A stretch of 64,000 bases of DNA, from IMG/VR virus record IMGVR_UViG_3300048507_000465, positions 18,017 through 82,016 of that record, one strand, 5' to 3'. A program made the translations under genes and the position numbers. The first letter of the stretch is position 1, and each line of letters begins with the position of its first letter. The notes below the pieces were generated by a model, which was not told the DNA's origin, did no database searches, and worked only from the letters and a program-made list of their open reading frames with translations. The DNA is from a virus. This document shows positions 8,373 through 18,629 of the stretch, piece after piece.

Positions 8373-8879
8373 ATGCCTAGAATACCAGTAGACTTAATTT
8401 ATATGCAGATGGCTTATCAGATAGCCAAGCTATCCTATGCTAAACGTAGACGCGTTGGTTGTATTATCGTGAAAGATACACAAGTAATATCAACTGGATA
8501 TAACGGTACGCCACATGGCTTTGAAAATGATTGTGAAGAAGTACAGGTAAGAGAGATAGAGAATGTTAATCATAAAAAAGTCTTAGAAGAAAAGGGCTAT
8601 GAATGTGAAGACTCATGTTGTTCTAAAGAGGTAACTAAAAGAGAAGTCTTACATGCAGAATCAAATGCATTAGCGAAAGTAAGCAAATCAACACTATCTT
8701 CAGAAGGCGCAGATATGTATGTTACAACTTGCCCATGTTTTGATTGCGCAAAATTAATTATTCAAGCAGGTATTGCAAGAGTATTCTATTCAGAAGACTA
8801 TAGAGATATGGGAGGAGTAGAACTACTAGAACGTGCAGGTATTGAAGTAAAAGCAGTTATATGTTGGAACGCGGAATAG
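8373..8879 (+). CDS. dCMP deaminase
   Basis: VGC, GYNG, HAESNA and PCFDC zinc-deaminase motifs. Confidence 0.93.
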   Translation: MPRIPVDLIYMQMAYQIAKLSYAKRRRVGCIIVKDTQVISTGYNGTPHGFENDCEEVQVREIENVNHKKVLEEKGYECEDSCCSKEVTKREVLHAESNALAKVSKSTLSSEGADMYVTTCPCFDCAKLIIQAGIARVFYSEDYRDMGGVELLERAGIEVKAVICWNAE

Positions 8880-10594
8880 CCGAAATCATAAATGAGGCAC
8901 TAGTCACAAATGTATTTGGCAAAGACTTTAAATTTAGAGAGGGTCAAAGAGAGGCTATTGAAGCTATTTGTAATCACTATCTCCAAGATCCAGAAGGGAC
9001 TATTATCTTAGATGCCCCAACTGGAAGTGGTAAATCACTAATTGCTATGTGGTCCGCACACGTCTTAAAAGAACTTGGTAAAAGAGGTTATTTAGTAACC
9101 TCTGATCTAATGCTACAAGATCAGTATGAAGAAGACTTTAAAAGGCTAAAACTTAATTGGCCCAGTATAAGAGGAGTAGACAACTATAATTGTAATGTAA
9201 ACGATCTGCCATTCTCACTTGCTGATTGTAAGATGAAAGGTATTGGGTATGAAGCTGCTGAGAAACTTCCATGCTGGAATAACTGTGGGTATCTTCAGGG
9301 CAGAAAGCGCGCGAAGGAGCTACCTGTAGCTCTCTTCAACTATTCATATTATCTAATACAAAGGAATTATGTAGAGGATAAGATGCAAGAACAAGACAGA
9401 GAGATACCATTTCCTATAAGAGACTTTGTATTCTTTGATGAAGCACATAAGGTAGACAGTATAGTACAATCACACTTTAGTCCTAGAATAGACAGAACAA
9501 CTACAAAGATATTTAAAGAGGTAAACAAGTTTGTACAGAAGCAGGCCATTAGTGCTGCCTGGGTATCTGAGAACAGAATAGAAGATATAGTCGACCGCTT
9601 AATGCGGGAAGACGATCACCAAGAGTTGATGAGGCACATCAGCGAGTTCAGAGGTATTGCCGTGGTTTACCGCAAGGTCAGATCGGCGGCCCTAAAACAA
9701 AGTAAGTCAAGGTTTAAAGGGGGAGATGTCCCTAAGGATTGGCAGACTTTTTTTGGACGAATGGATAGACTTAAAGATATATGGTGTAAGTTTGATGACT
9801 ATTATGATATAATTAAAGAACTTGGTATGGACGCGATTGTTATTGATCGTAAAGAAACTGAAACTAAATTCTTATGTTTGGAAGAGGCAATGATGATTGA
9901 TAAATTCTTACAAAAGAAAAGTGGCTTTAAAGTCTTTATGTCAGCGACTCTAGGGGATATTAGATCATTTGCAAAACATACTAGTATGGGAGCTGCAAAG
10001 GTTATTAGGATGAACAATAATTTTGATTACAAAAAATCCCCCGTGGTTTTCGTCAATAGGCACAAATTGTCTTTTAGAGAACGCGAACAAAATCTCCCCA
10101 AGGTCATAAAGGTTCTTGACAAGATCTTGGAGAAGCACAAAGGACAAAGTGGAATTATTCACGCCGGTTCCTATCAGTTCATGAATGAAATAAATGCTCA
10201 GTCTAAACATAGTTTTAATTTCATAACCTATGATGTAGCCAAGGAGAGGCAAGGTGCAATTAGAAATTTTAACGAACAAGATGGTAAAATACTTGTAGGT
10301 CCTTCTCTGTTAGAAGGTTTAGACCTGAAAGATGACAAGTCCAGATTTCAGATCTTCTTTAAAGTACCATATCCATCATTGGGAGATCCACTCGTAAAGG
10401 CTAAAATGTCTGCATTCCCAGGATGGTATGATTGGAAAACAGGAATTGCAATACAACAAGGTGCAGGAAGATCGATTAGATCTAAAGACGATTGGGCAAT
10501 AACATATATTTTAGACGCATGTTTTAGAAGTTTATCTAATAAAAAAGATTTCTTTCCACCGTCGTTTGAAGAAAGAATAAAAACAATTTACTAA
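8861..10594 (+). CDS. DinG/Rad3-like SF2 helicase
   Basis: REGQ Q-motif, APTGSGKS, four Cys (Fe-S region), DEAH, MSATLG, EGLD, KVPYP, QGAGRSIR. Confidence 0.9.
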   Translation: MLERGIAEIINEALVTNVFGKDFKFREGQREAIEAICNHYLQDPEGTIILDAPTGSGKSLIAMWSAHVLKELGKRGYLVTSDLMLQDQYEEDFKRLKLNWPSIRGVDNYNCNVNDLPFSLADCKMKGIGYEAAEKLPCWNNCGYLQGRKRAKELPVALFNYSYYLIQRNYVEDKMQEQDREIPFPIRDFVFFDEAHKVDSIVQSHFSPRIDRTTTKIFKEVNKFVQKQAISAAWVSENRIEDIVDRLMREDDHQELMRHISEFRGIAVVYRKVRSAALKQSKSRFKGGDVPKDWQTFFGRMDRLKDIWCKFDDYYDIIKELGMDAIVIDRKETETKFLCLEEAMMIDKFLQKKSGFKVFMSATLGDIRSFAKHTSMGAAKVIRMNNNFDYKKSPVVFVNRHKLSFREREQNLPKVIKVLDKILEKHKGQSGIIHAGSYQFMNEINAQSKHSFNFITYDVAKERQGAIRNFNEQDGKILVGPSLLEGLDLKDDKSRFQIFFKVPYPSLGDPLVKAKMSAFPGWYDWKTGIAIQQGAGRSIRSKDDWAITYILDACFRSLSNKKDFFPPSFEERIKTIY

Positions 10595-10611
10595 TTTTAA
10601 ATATAATAAAT

Positions 10612-10839
10612 ATGGGATTTAATAAATTACATATTCCAGATCTGGATTACTTAAAAGAATCTTTAAAATCAAAAGGTAACGATGAGTTTGTAGATTTTTG
10701 GAAAAGAAGATATATTAAGGCTGACGCTATTATAGGTCCGCCGGATTCACATGATTTTATTAAACAAATTCTAGATCGTGAGTATAATTATAGAACAACT
10801 GGTCAAACTAGTATTGACTTTGATAAAGTTGATGAATAA
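10612..10839 (+). CDS. hypothetical protein
   Basis: 75-aa ORF (MGFNKLHI..DAIIG) with an AT-rich leader. Confidence 0.7.
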   Translation: MGFNKLHIPDLDYLKESLKSKGNDEFVDFWKRRYIKADAIIGPPDSHDFIKQILDREYNYRTTGQTSIDFDKVDE

Positions 10840-10849
10840 AAATAAAAAT

Positions 10850-11470
10850 ATGGCAACAACAGAAACTAAACCAAAAATTTATGTTTGGTACAAAACTGAG
10901 AGAGCAGGTGATACTGTAACAGTAAAACAAACTGATGGAGACTTTACAATATTTACAGATGGTACAAGATGTAGAACTTCTTTAATTAATGAAATGTTGA
11001 TAGAGGCTAAAAGTGAAGCCAATGCACTGGATTTAGCACAACCCTTTCTTTCTTTTAATAAAGACAGTGGGCCAGGAGGTCCCAAAGAAACTAAGGCTAT
11101 TCAAGAAATTGAAGAGGTAAATCCTTCTAAAGATACTCAACCTACTGCAGAAGTAAATGTAATGTTAGAGATGTTAAAGAAGATTAGTGCTAAAAATACT
11201 ATTACTATGCCACTTGAATTAAATATACCATCTAATGAAGTATATGATTTGTTTAAAGATCAGATGGATATTACAAAAGCAGATTTAAATGAGCAGATTT
11301 TGGCGCTTATATTAAGCCAGATAAATAATTTACAAGAACAATTAAAGCCTCAAGCTGAGGAATTTATTAAAAACTACTATAATGGCAAAACAAACAGAAA
11401 AAACACTAACAGCAGAAGAAACTCAACAAATAGCGGAGGCGACGCAAGCGCCCCAGACATCACCTACTAG
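10850..11470 (+). CDS. hypothetical protein
   Basis: Likely start ATG 10850 after an A-rich leader (alternative 10832); 3' end overlaps the next gene. Confidence 0.7.
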   Translation: MATTETKPKIYVWYKTERAGDTVTVKQTDGDFTIFTDGTRCRTSLINEMLIEAKSEANALDLAQPFLSFNKDSGPGGPKETKAIQEIEEVNPSKDTQPTAEVNVMLEMLKKISAKNTITMPLELNIPSNEVYDLFKDQMDITKADLNEQILALILSQINNLQEQLKPQAEEFIKNYYNGKTNRKNTNSRRNSTNSGGDASAPDITY

Positions 11471-11837
11471 TATGAATAGACGTCAAAGACGTTATATGCT
11501 AAAACAACAAGGTGTATTAAAGTATTTAAGTAAGTTAAACTTCTTAGGAGAGGTTAGGTCTAATTTTAGAAATAATAATATAGAAAATGGTAGAAAATTA
11601 CATCAACAGAATATTGATGCTAACGAAAAAATAAATCATACTATATTAGAAAATAAATTAGAGTCTTTAAAAGCTTCGTGGATAGAAATAGGCTATAATA
11701 AAAGTGAAATAAATAAATTAGAAGAAGCATGGTCTTTATCTGCTATTAAAGATAAATCTTCTAGAAAAGAAGATAAAAAAACTATTAAAAAATTACAGAA
11801 AGAAGTGAGAGAATCATTTCAATCTAGAAAAAAGTAA
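11382..11837 (+). CDS. hypothetical basic protein
   Basis: 151 aa with an NRRQRR motif. Confidence 0.7.
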   Translation: MAKQTEKTLTAEETQQIAEATQAPQTSPTSMNRRQRRYMLKQQGVLKYLSKLNFLGEVRSNFRNNNIENGRKLHQQNIDANEKINHTILENKLESLKASWIEIGYNKSEINKLEEAWSLSAIKDKSSRKEDKKTIKKLQKEVRESFQSRKK

Positions 11838-11842
11838 ACTAT

Positions 11843-12166
11843 ATGATTACTATTAGTATAGAACCTGCGGATAACGGTGTGGTTAAATATTTAATTGACG
11901 ATAATGTTAATGGAGGTGGGGAAGAATATACATCAAGGGTTGTTTATGACTTTGATGGCTATTTAGGAAGAGCTCAACAGGTTAAGTTTTTAAAAGACTT
12001 AGTGTTGGATTTAGGCTTAAGTACTGGTAGTGATATTGATCGTGAACAATTGCAGATCAAAACAGACTGGGGTTTAAAATTTATCCCAGATGAAAACCAA
12101 ATAAAAACAAGAATCAATCAACTGCAAAAAGAAATAAAAAGGCTTGATTCTTTAATAAAGAAATGA
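11843..12166 (+). CDS. hypothetical protein
   Basis: ORF coupled to its neighbours; C-terminal coiled coil. Confidence 0.7.
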   Translation: MITISIEPADNGVVKYLIDDNVNGGGEEYTSRVVYDFDGYLGRAQQVKFLKDLVLDLGLSTGSDIDREQLQIKTDWGLKFIPDENQIKTRINQLQKEIKRLDSLIKK

Positions 12167-12570
12167 AACTACACGTAGAAGGTGTATGGTGTAAAACTAG
12201 AACTGAGTTTGAAAAATTAGCAAAGTCTGGTGAATACGATTTAACAGTCTCTTATTTTGACATATTTAATAGATTGATAAAATCAGATCCTTATAGTAAG
12301 GAGCCATCAGATATTATAGTATCTCTTTATATTAGAAAGTTAATTCAGAAATTAATTAATGATTCTATTGAAAAAGAAAAAGAAGGAGCTAAAATGCTTT
12401 ATATGTTTAAAAACCTAGATACTACAGCTGTTCTAGGATTTAAAGGGTTTGTTAATGATTTAACTGAAACCCCATGTGATTTAGATCTAGTTATTGTTAA
12501 TAGATGCGATTATCCTAAAAAAGGAGTATTAAGCAAATTTGACAATGTTAGATTTATAGACAATGATTAA
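12163..12570 (+). CDS. hypothetical protein
   Basis: ATGA-coupled ORF. Confidence 0.7.
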   Translation: MKLHVEGVWCKTRTEFEKLAKSGEYDLTVSYFDIFNRLIKSDPYSKEPSDIIVSLYIRKLIQKLINDSIEKEKEGAKMLYMFKNLDTTAVLGFKGFVNDLTETPCDLDLVIVNRCDYPKKGVLSKFDNVRFIDND

Positions 12571-13156
12571 ACATAAAATATTTTCAAAAGGTGAATATAT
12601 CCAGGCTCTTATATCTACAACACAAGCGCCTAATATACTAATACCAGTTAGAGGCTTAATATATGATGTTAAGTTTGATGACGTTAACCCAAGATACCAA
12701 ATAAGAATTAAAAAGTTTTATGACCAAATAAGTTTTTTAAAAAGAAATCTATTTGGTGGTAGGTTTATTAGAGACTTTGAGGGTAAAGAAACTAGAGTTA
12801 ATCTTAAAAGAAAAGAATATAATACGGTTAAAGATCTTGAGGATAGAGTTTTTAATGGAGATAAGTGGAAGCAATATCTTATTTGTGTAGACTCTGTATT
12901 TTGCGTAAAGACTAAAGCTGAACAAGGTGTATTATTTAATAAAATACAGGATTTTCAGGTAGAAATGGGTATTAAAGATCTTTTTAATCTAACAAATAGG
13001 TCTGTGTATAGTGGTCAATATAATTTTCATACTAAAGGAGAATACTTAAAGTCATTACAAAAATTTTTAGGAGATAGATATATTAACGACGAATGGGCTG
13101 ATGACGTGTTATATAGACCTAATCATAATGAGTTAGACCGCGGAGAGTGGATTTAA
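12563..13156 (+). CDS. hypothetical protein
   Basis: Coupled ORF of 197 aa. Confidence 0.7.
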   Translation: MIKHKIFSKGEYIQALISTTQAPNILIPVRGLIYDVKFDDVNPRYQIRIKKFYDQISFLKRNLFGGRFIRDFEGKETRVNLKRKEYNTVKDLEDRVFNGDKWKQYLICVDSVFCVKTKAEQGVLFNKIQDFQVEMGIKDLFNLTNRSVYSGQYNFHTKGEYLKSLQKFLGDRYINDEWADDVLYRPNHNELDRGEWI

Positions 13157-13180
13157 CATATTAGTGTATTATATTTCACG

Positions 13181-13188
13181 GATATATA
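13181..13188 (+). promoter_or_regulatory. putative late promoter GATATATA
   Basis: Intergenic, at the start of the baseplate cluster. Confidence 0.7.
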
Positions 13189-13210
13189 TAAAAAATAAAA
13201 AAGATACTAC

Positions 13211-14962
13211 ATGCCCTTTTTATTACAAAATGAATATGATGTTACAAATCCGATAACAGGTGTTTCAAATCATGTATATGAATACTTAGATGTTGATACC
13301 AGAGCTGTCGTTAAAACTACAGAAAAAAAGACTGATGTAGTTGAAGAAGATCCTGCTGAAGCAGAGGAACCAACACCCGCAGGTACTACAACCTTTATTG
13401 AAGATGGAGAGGGTGCCGGTAGCTCAATATATGGGGATGCCGCCACAGGTTCTAGGACATATAAAATTAAAGATCCTAAAAAAGAAATAAACGCCGGAGA
13501 TGGTGTTAAATCTTTATATAATAAATGGTCTTTACACTCATATAAGAATACTGCCAAAGGAACTCAAAGAGGTAAGAATGATTATCAAAACTATAACAAA
13601 ACTGTTATGGATGGTAATGACGATAATATATTAAATCCTACTGCTAGAAGAATTGTACAATATGCTTCGGATAATGGTGGTTTAGGATATAATTATAGCT
13701 TTAGTGATTTTATACAAACAGAACACTACGGCCAAATTTCAAACGAATACTTAATTACATTAAGAAGATTTGCATATCCTATACAGGATGATATTATGAA
13801 TGTACAGGGGCTGGATAGTAAAGGCAATCCTATAGATTTAGGTCAGCCCGATTTAGCTAGGTGTGTAACCTGGATGTCGCCTGCATTAGGTAATGATATG
13901 AAAGAAATCTTAAAGTTTGGTACTGAATTTCCATGGAAAGAAGTAGAGTCGGAAATTCAAAAAGTAGCTGGTAATGCTAAAAAAAGAGGTAAGCTAGGAG
14001 AAATGATGGATGGGTCCTCATTAGGTAGAGCAGTTGAAGCAGGTCTTAATGGGTATAGTGCAGCTCAAGCTGAAACTATTAGAGATAAAGGTGCTGGTTT
14101 TGACCCAATGGGAGAAACTTACCCAAATAAAGTATTTGGTCCTTTAAATGTTATTAAGAAAGTTTTATCAAGAGAGCAAGGCTTAAACTTTAATAGTGAA
14201 TTTAACTTAACGTTTCACTATGATTTAAGAGGTTTCTTTAATACATCACCAAAGGTCGCATTCATGGATACACTGTCGAACGTTTTAGCATTGACATATA
14301 ATAATGCTCCTTTCTGGGGAGGTGCTGTTAGATATACTGGAAGTGGCTCTGTAGGTAAACCTTTTGGCGATTTTGACAAATTAAAAAACGGAGATTATGC
14401 AGGGTTTATGGGTAGTTTAGCTACTCAATTAAAATCTTCAATGGGAGCTGCATTTGATGATGTAGGTAAAGCTGCTAAAGGACTTATGAATGGTAAGGGT
14501 ATTAATGCATTAGGTGACTCTAAAATTATGGATAATATTATTGGAGGTGGACTAATGAAATTAATGAATGGTCCACAAGGTGGTGCTGTAATTAATGCAT
14601 TCTTAACTGGAGATCCAACAGGGCAATGGCATATGACTGTAGGTAATCCTATGAATCCTATTATGGTTTGTGGAAATTTAGCTTTACAATCTTCTAGTGT
14701 AGAATTTGAAGGACCTTTAGGTTATGAAGGATTCCCAAGTAAAATGAAAGTTACGGTTGCTTTAAAACCTGCAAGACCTAGGGATAAAGGTGAAATTGAA
14801 AGTATGTTTAATGCTGGTAGGGGTAGAGTTTATTTACAACCAGAAGTTGAAGGTTCAGTAGATCTAGACAAAATTATGGATGTATCTGCTTATGGAAATG
14901 CAGATAGAGGTAAACTAACTAAAGGTTTTGCAACAAAATTATCAGACTTTAACGCAGGCTAA
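13211..14962 (+). CDS. putative baseplate/tail-tube initiator protein (gp48/gp54-like)
   Basis: First gene of the baseplate cluster; C-terminal tube-fold-like pattern (WHMTVGNP..VEFEGPLG..FPSKMKVTVALKP). Confidence 0.5.
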   Translation: MPFLLQNEYDVTNPITGVSNHVYEYLDVDTRAVVKTTEKKTDVVEEDPAEAEEPTPAGTTTFIEDGEGAGSSIYGDAATGSRTYKIKDPKKEINAGDGVKSLYNKWSLHSYKNTAKGTQRGKNDYQNYNKTVMDGNDDNILNPTARRIVQYASDNGGLGYNYSFSDFIQTEHYGQISNEYLITLRRFAYPIQDDIMNVQGLDSKGNPIDLGQPDLARCVTWMSPALGNDMKEILKFGTEFPWKEVESEIQKVAGNAKKRGKLGEMMDGSSLGRAVEAGLNGYSAAQAETIRDKGAGFDPMGETYPNKVFGPLNVIKKVLSREQGLNFNSEFNLTFHYDLRGFFNTSPKVAFMDTLSNVLALTYNNAPFWGGAVRYTGSGSVGKPFGDFDKLKNGDYAGFMGSLATQLKSSMGAAFDDVGKAAKGLMNGKGINALGDSKIMDNIIGGGLMKLMNGPQGGAVINAFLTGDPTGQWHMTVGNPMNPIMVCGNLALQSSSVEFEGPLGYEGFPSKMKVTVALKPARPRDKGEIESMFNAGRGRVYLQPEVEGSVDLDKIMDVSAYGNADRGKLTKGFATKLSDFNAG

Positions 14963-15786
14963 TGGATTTAAGAACTATCATAAATAAAACTATAAGCGGT
15001 GTCAAGTATATTATGACACAGCCTACTATGATGTTTAGAAATAAACAAAATGTAGAAATAATAGCTACTCATATTGTAAAGGAAGACGACTTAGGAAGAC
15101 CTGATTTAATTGCCCTTGAACATTACAATGATGATAGTAAAACCGATGTTATTTTAAAATGGAACGGTATATCGGATCCGTTTTCTTTACAAGTAGGAGA
15201 TGTTTTAGAAATACCTAATGACCAAGTACCTTTCTATAAATTAGAAAGACCTATGAGGTTTGAAGATAATATTGTTAAAAACGAATTTATACAAAGTAAA
15301 CGTCTAACTAAAAAAGATCAAGCAAGGTTAGAGGCTCTTAAAAAGAAATATAATAAAGAAACCTTATTGCCACCTAATGTGATTCCTTTAGGAAAGAAGA
15401 ATTATAGATTTGACGGTGATGGGACTGTTGTTTTAGGAGCACAAGCTCAAAATGATGCTGTAGTAGATTCTATAGTTAGCGACTTGTCTAATAAACAAAA
15501 CAATATTTCTTCTGGTGTTGGCGCTGGTTCTGGTGTTGGTGCTGGTTCTGGTGTTGGTGCTAGTGGCGGAATTAGTAGCGGTGCTGGTAAGGGTCTTACA
15601 GAAACTCAACTAGATAACGCGCTGGGTTCTGGTAATGGAGGTGGTTCTGGAGCTGGTGCAGGATCTGGTTCAGGTGTTGGCGGAGGTACTGCTGATTCTA
15701 CTGGAGGTGCTGCTGGAGATGGAAGTGCACCACAATCTACTGGTAATGGTAATAATATTGCTAACGACGGAGCTCCGTGTAATTAA
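14962..15786 (+). CDS. baseplate wedge gp53-like LysM protein with a Gly/Ser/Ala-rich tail
   Basis: VKEDDLGRPDLIA..Y..ILKWNGISDPFSLQVGDVLEIP LysM/gp53 pattern. Confidence 0.7.
   Translation: MDLRTIINKTISGVKYIMTQPTMMFRNKQNVEIIATHIVKEDDLGRPDLIALEHYNDDSKTDVILKWNGISDPFSLQVGDVLEIPNDQVPFYKLERPMRFEDNIVKNEFIQSKRLTKKDQARLEALKKKYNKETLLPPNVIPLGKKNYRFDGDGTVVLGAQAQNDAVVDSIVSDLSNKQNNISSGVGAGSGVGAGSGVGASGGISSGAGKGLTETQLDNALGSGNGGGSGAGAGSGSGVGGGTADSTGGAAGDGSAPQSTGNGNNIANDGAPCN
15511..15561 (+). repeat. 18-bp tandem repeat (SGVGAG) x~3
   Basis: tctggtgttggcgctggt tctggtgttggtgctggt tctggtgttggtgct. Confidence 0.85.
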
Positions 15787-15796
15787 TAATTAAGAA

Positions 15797-17308
15797 ATGG
15801 CAGATTTAGATCACCACATATTAGCGGTTGTAGAACCGGCTATATTACCCACAGAGATCAAACTTGATAATTTAGGTGAAGATGGTGGTGGAGCAAAACA
15901 AACTAAAAATATTGGTTCAGTAAAACCCTTTGTTTTAGTTAATTCATATCAGTTTGGACCTGAGGATATTGAATCTTTTGATTTAGTTTTAAGTGGTATT
16001 GTTCCTAAATGTAGTTTAGTTTTAGCTGATAATAAAAACGCATTTGGTGTAGAATCATATCCTAGAGATGGGGATTTCTTTACAATATTATTAAATTCAA
16101 AACAACAAGAAACTTTTAAGTCAGTTCATATGGATTTTGATATTGCATCAGTAGAAGTCGCTCCGGCAACAGAGGGGACTACTCCTACTATTACATTAGA
16201 AGGTGTATGTAAAGTCCCTAGATTATATGCCGAAGATTGTCAAACTTTAGAATCTGGATCTTCATTAGATCATTTAGAATTAGTGGCTAGAGATTTAGAA
16301 TTAGGAGTTGCTACAAATATAGATTCTACTAATGATTCACAATCTAGAATACAAGCGTTTGTAACATATTCTGATTTTATTAAATCAATTGTAGAAGATT
16401 CATACATTTCCGACGATGCGTTTACAGTTTATCATATAGACCAGTGGTATTATGTTAATTATGTTGATATTAATAAAATATTTAATTCTAAAAACCCAAA
16501 GCTAGATGAACTAATGACTGTATTAAATTCTTTTGGAGCATCTATGGTCGAGGGCGCTGAAGCTGAAGAGGGTGGTGAAAATAAGGGTGATAATATTGAA
16601 ACTCCACTTTTACTAACAAATCATAAAGACATGAAAGGTCTTAATAATTACGTTGAAGGACATGAGATGATTAATAACTCTGCCTCAGTTAGTTTAGCAG
16701 CTGGATACGCTAGAACTGTACAAATATATGATAATAATTCTGAACCTGGAGAAAGATTTCAAGATTTTAAAATAGAAGCACTAACAACAGAAGAGCTTTC
16801 AGATATTGAAGAACCTTTAAGAGGTAATAGAAAAGATACTAGACATGAAGATCAAGTAAAGTATAAATATATCGGAAGGCAAAACGCAGGTGAAGATGGC
16901 TTAGGTAATACACATGCTAATGCAGCCTTTTCAAAGCTACATAATAAGCAAAACCAAATGGAAATACAAAAAATGAAAGTTAAACTTACTTTAGCTTCAT
17001 TTAACCCATCGATCTATAAGTATATGAAAATACCTTTATTAATGTATCACTATGATGGTGCTAAAATAGAGGCACAAGCAATAGGAAATAAAAAGAGAGA
17101 AGACGCCGGTTTTTCAGAAAGACCGTTCGGTGCTGGTAGATCTGAGGATACAGATAACCGACCTAGCCAGTCTTTAGATCAATTTTTAAGTGGACATTAT
17201 ATTATTGAAAATATAGATTATACCTATGCAAAAGGTACTAGTGGTATTAGGCAAGAGGTAACTCTTATTAGAAGAGAATGGCCTACAAGAATAAAGAACT
17301 TAGAATAA
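15797..17308 (+). CDS. putative baseplate hub protein (gp27/GPD-like)
   Basis: Position between the LysM gene and the spike gene; C-terminal LSGHYIIENIDY..QEVTLIRR hub-like motif. Confidence 0.6.
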   Translation: MADLDHHILAVVEPAILPTEIKLDNLGEDGGGAKQTKNIGSVKPFVLVNSYQFGPEDIESFDLVLSGIVPKCSLVLADNKNAFGVESYPRDGDFFTILLNSKQQETFKSVHMDFDIASVEVAPATEGTTPTITLEGVCKVPRLYAEDCQTLESGSSLDHLELVARDLELGVATNIDSTNDSQSRIQAFVTYSDFIKSIVEDSYISDDAFTVYHIDQWYYVNYVDINKIFNSKNPKLDELMTVLNSFGASMVEGAEAEEGGENKGDNIETPLLLTNHKDMKGLNNYVEGHEMINNSASVSLAAGYARTVQIYDNNSEPGERFQDFKIEALTTEELSDIEEPLRGNRKDTRHEDQVKYKYIGRQNAGEDGLGNTHANAAFSKLHNKQNQMEIQKMKVKLTLASFNPSIYKYMKIPLLMYHYDGAKIEAQAIGNKKREDAGFSERPFGAGRSEDTDNRPSQSLDQFLSGHYIIENIDYTYAKGTSGIRQEVTLIRREWPTRIKNLE

Positions 17309-17312
17309 GAAA

Positions 17313-17320
17313 GATAAATA
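17313..17320 (+). promoter_or_regulatory. putative late promoter GATAAATA
   Basis: 4 nt before ATG 17325. Confidence 0.65.
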
Positions 17321-17324
17321 ATAT

Positions 17325-18629
17325 ATGGCTGATTTTACAAAAGGTATTAATGAATTTAGAAAGGGTACACGTCTTCGTAAAATAAACGAAGATCCTACGT
17401 ATCTTAGTTTCTTCTTTATGTTCGATGACCAGAGTAGAATGGAGTCTCCTCTTTTATCGGGAGCTGCTAGAGATTATTTAACTAAAGTGCTTAGATCAGA
17501 TGAGGGTAATAAATATGCTCAAAATCTAGATAACTTTAAAAAAGTACTTTTTAAAATTAATAAAGAACTGCCTTGGTTTTGGCAAACAGTTTCCGGGATT
17601 GATGCTGCATTGACATACCAAAAAATGATAGAGCCGTGGTGGGGTGCTGCAGATAATAAACTTGAAATTGAATGCTTAGAGGAAAATATAGAACTAACAG
17701 CATTTGGTTTAATGGATTTATATAAGAGAGCTTGTTTTGATTTTACAAGATGGGTTGAAGTAATACCACATAATCTTAGACATTTTACAATGTACGTTTA
17801 TATAACTGAAGTTAGAACAATACAACAAGATACTAACGCTCCTAACTTAGGTTTAAGAGATAATCCAGAAAGTGGTAATAATTCTTCTAGGTCAGCTCCG
17901 CCAGAAGGCAAGATTAAGGGAATAAACCCTGAAATGTCTTTAACTGCTAAACCATATATTAAATTAAAATTTGAACATTGTGAGTTTGATATTGATAGTA
18001 TCGCATCAATGTTTGCGGATATAAATAAAAACCCTGAGGCTGTAAAACCTAAAATTGCTATTAAGTGGAATAGTGTTAAACAGGTAGAACAAAAGCTAGG
18101 TGATAATTTAATTGTAGAAGAAGATAATAATACAATATCGGATGCAATACCTACTCCTGAAAAATATAATACAACACCACTTGACCCTAAAGATTATGTA
18201 CAAGGTAAATTAGATAGTGCTGTATCTGGTTTTACAGATGCTGCTAAATCTAAATTTGGTAATCTAAAAGATGGTATTGCAGGGGGTAATAATAGTGAAA
18301 TAGGTAATGCGTTTGGAGACTCTACCGGCGGATTAACAAGTGCTGCATTAAACGCAGCTGAAGAAAAGCTTTTATCTAAGTTATTTATGGGTAATGTCCA
18401 TGGTGTTAATTTAGGTAATATACAAAACGCTATTAGATCTGGAAGTATAAACGCATTAGGTAGTTTAGTTGGAGATTTAATAGGAGGCTTTGGAAGTGGA
18501 TCGTCTAGTGTTGGCGAAAAGGTATATAGCAGTACATTTAATAATGATGAATTAGGAGATGAAAGTGTTTACGAGCCGGGTGTTGATTCATCTGCTGATG
18601 GTAACTTAAACGATAACGTACATGAATAA
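17325..18629 (+). CDS. putative tail-tube-like baseplate protein
   Basis: Context; N-terminal beta-rich tube-like domain (PWFWQTVSG..IECLE..FEHCEF) and Gly-rich C-terminus. Confidence 0.5.
   Translation: MADFTKGINEFRKGTRLRKINEDPTYLSFFFMFDDQSRMESPLLSGAARDYLTKVLRSDEGNKYAQNLDNFKKVLFKINKELPWFWQTVSGIDAALTYQKMIEPWWGAADNKLEIECLEENIELTAFGLMDLYKRACFDFTRWVEVIPHNLRHFTMYVYITEVRTIQQDTNAPNLGLRDNPESGNNSSRSAPPEGKIKGINPEMSLTAKPYIKLKFEHCEFDIDSIASMFADINKNPEAVKPKIAIKWNSVKQVEQKLGDNLIVEEDNNTISDAIPTPEKYNTTPLDPKDYVQGKLDSAVSGFTDAAKSKFGNLKDGIAGGNNSEIGNAFGDSTGGLTSAALNAAEEKLLSKLFMGNVHGVNLGNIQNAIRSGSINALGSLVGDLIGGFGSGSSSVGEKVYSSTFNNDELGDESVYEPGVDSSADGNLNDNVHE

Noticed and set aside
9540-9780. Locally GC-richer stretch inside the DinG-like gene
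   Set aside because: The frame is uninterrupted and I found no overlapping ORF, repeat or clear structure. It is probably codon or amino-acid composition or an old recombination patch.
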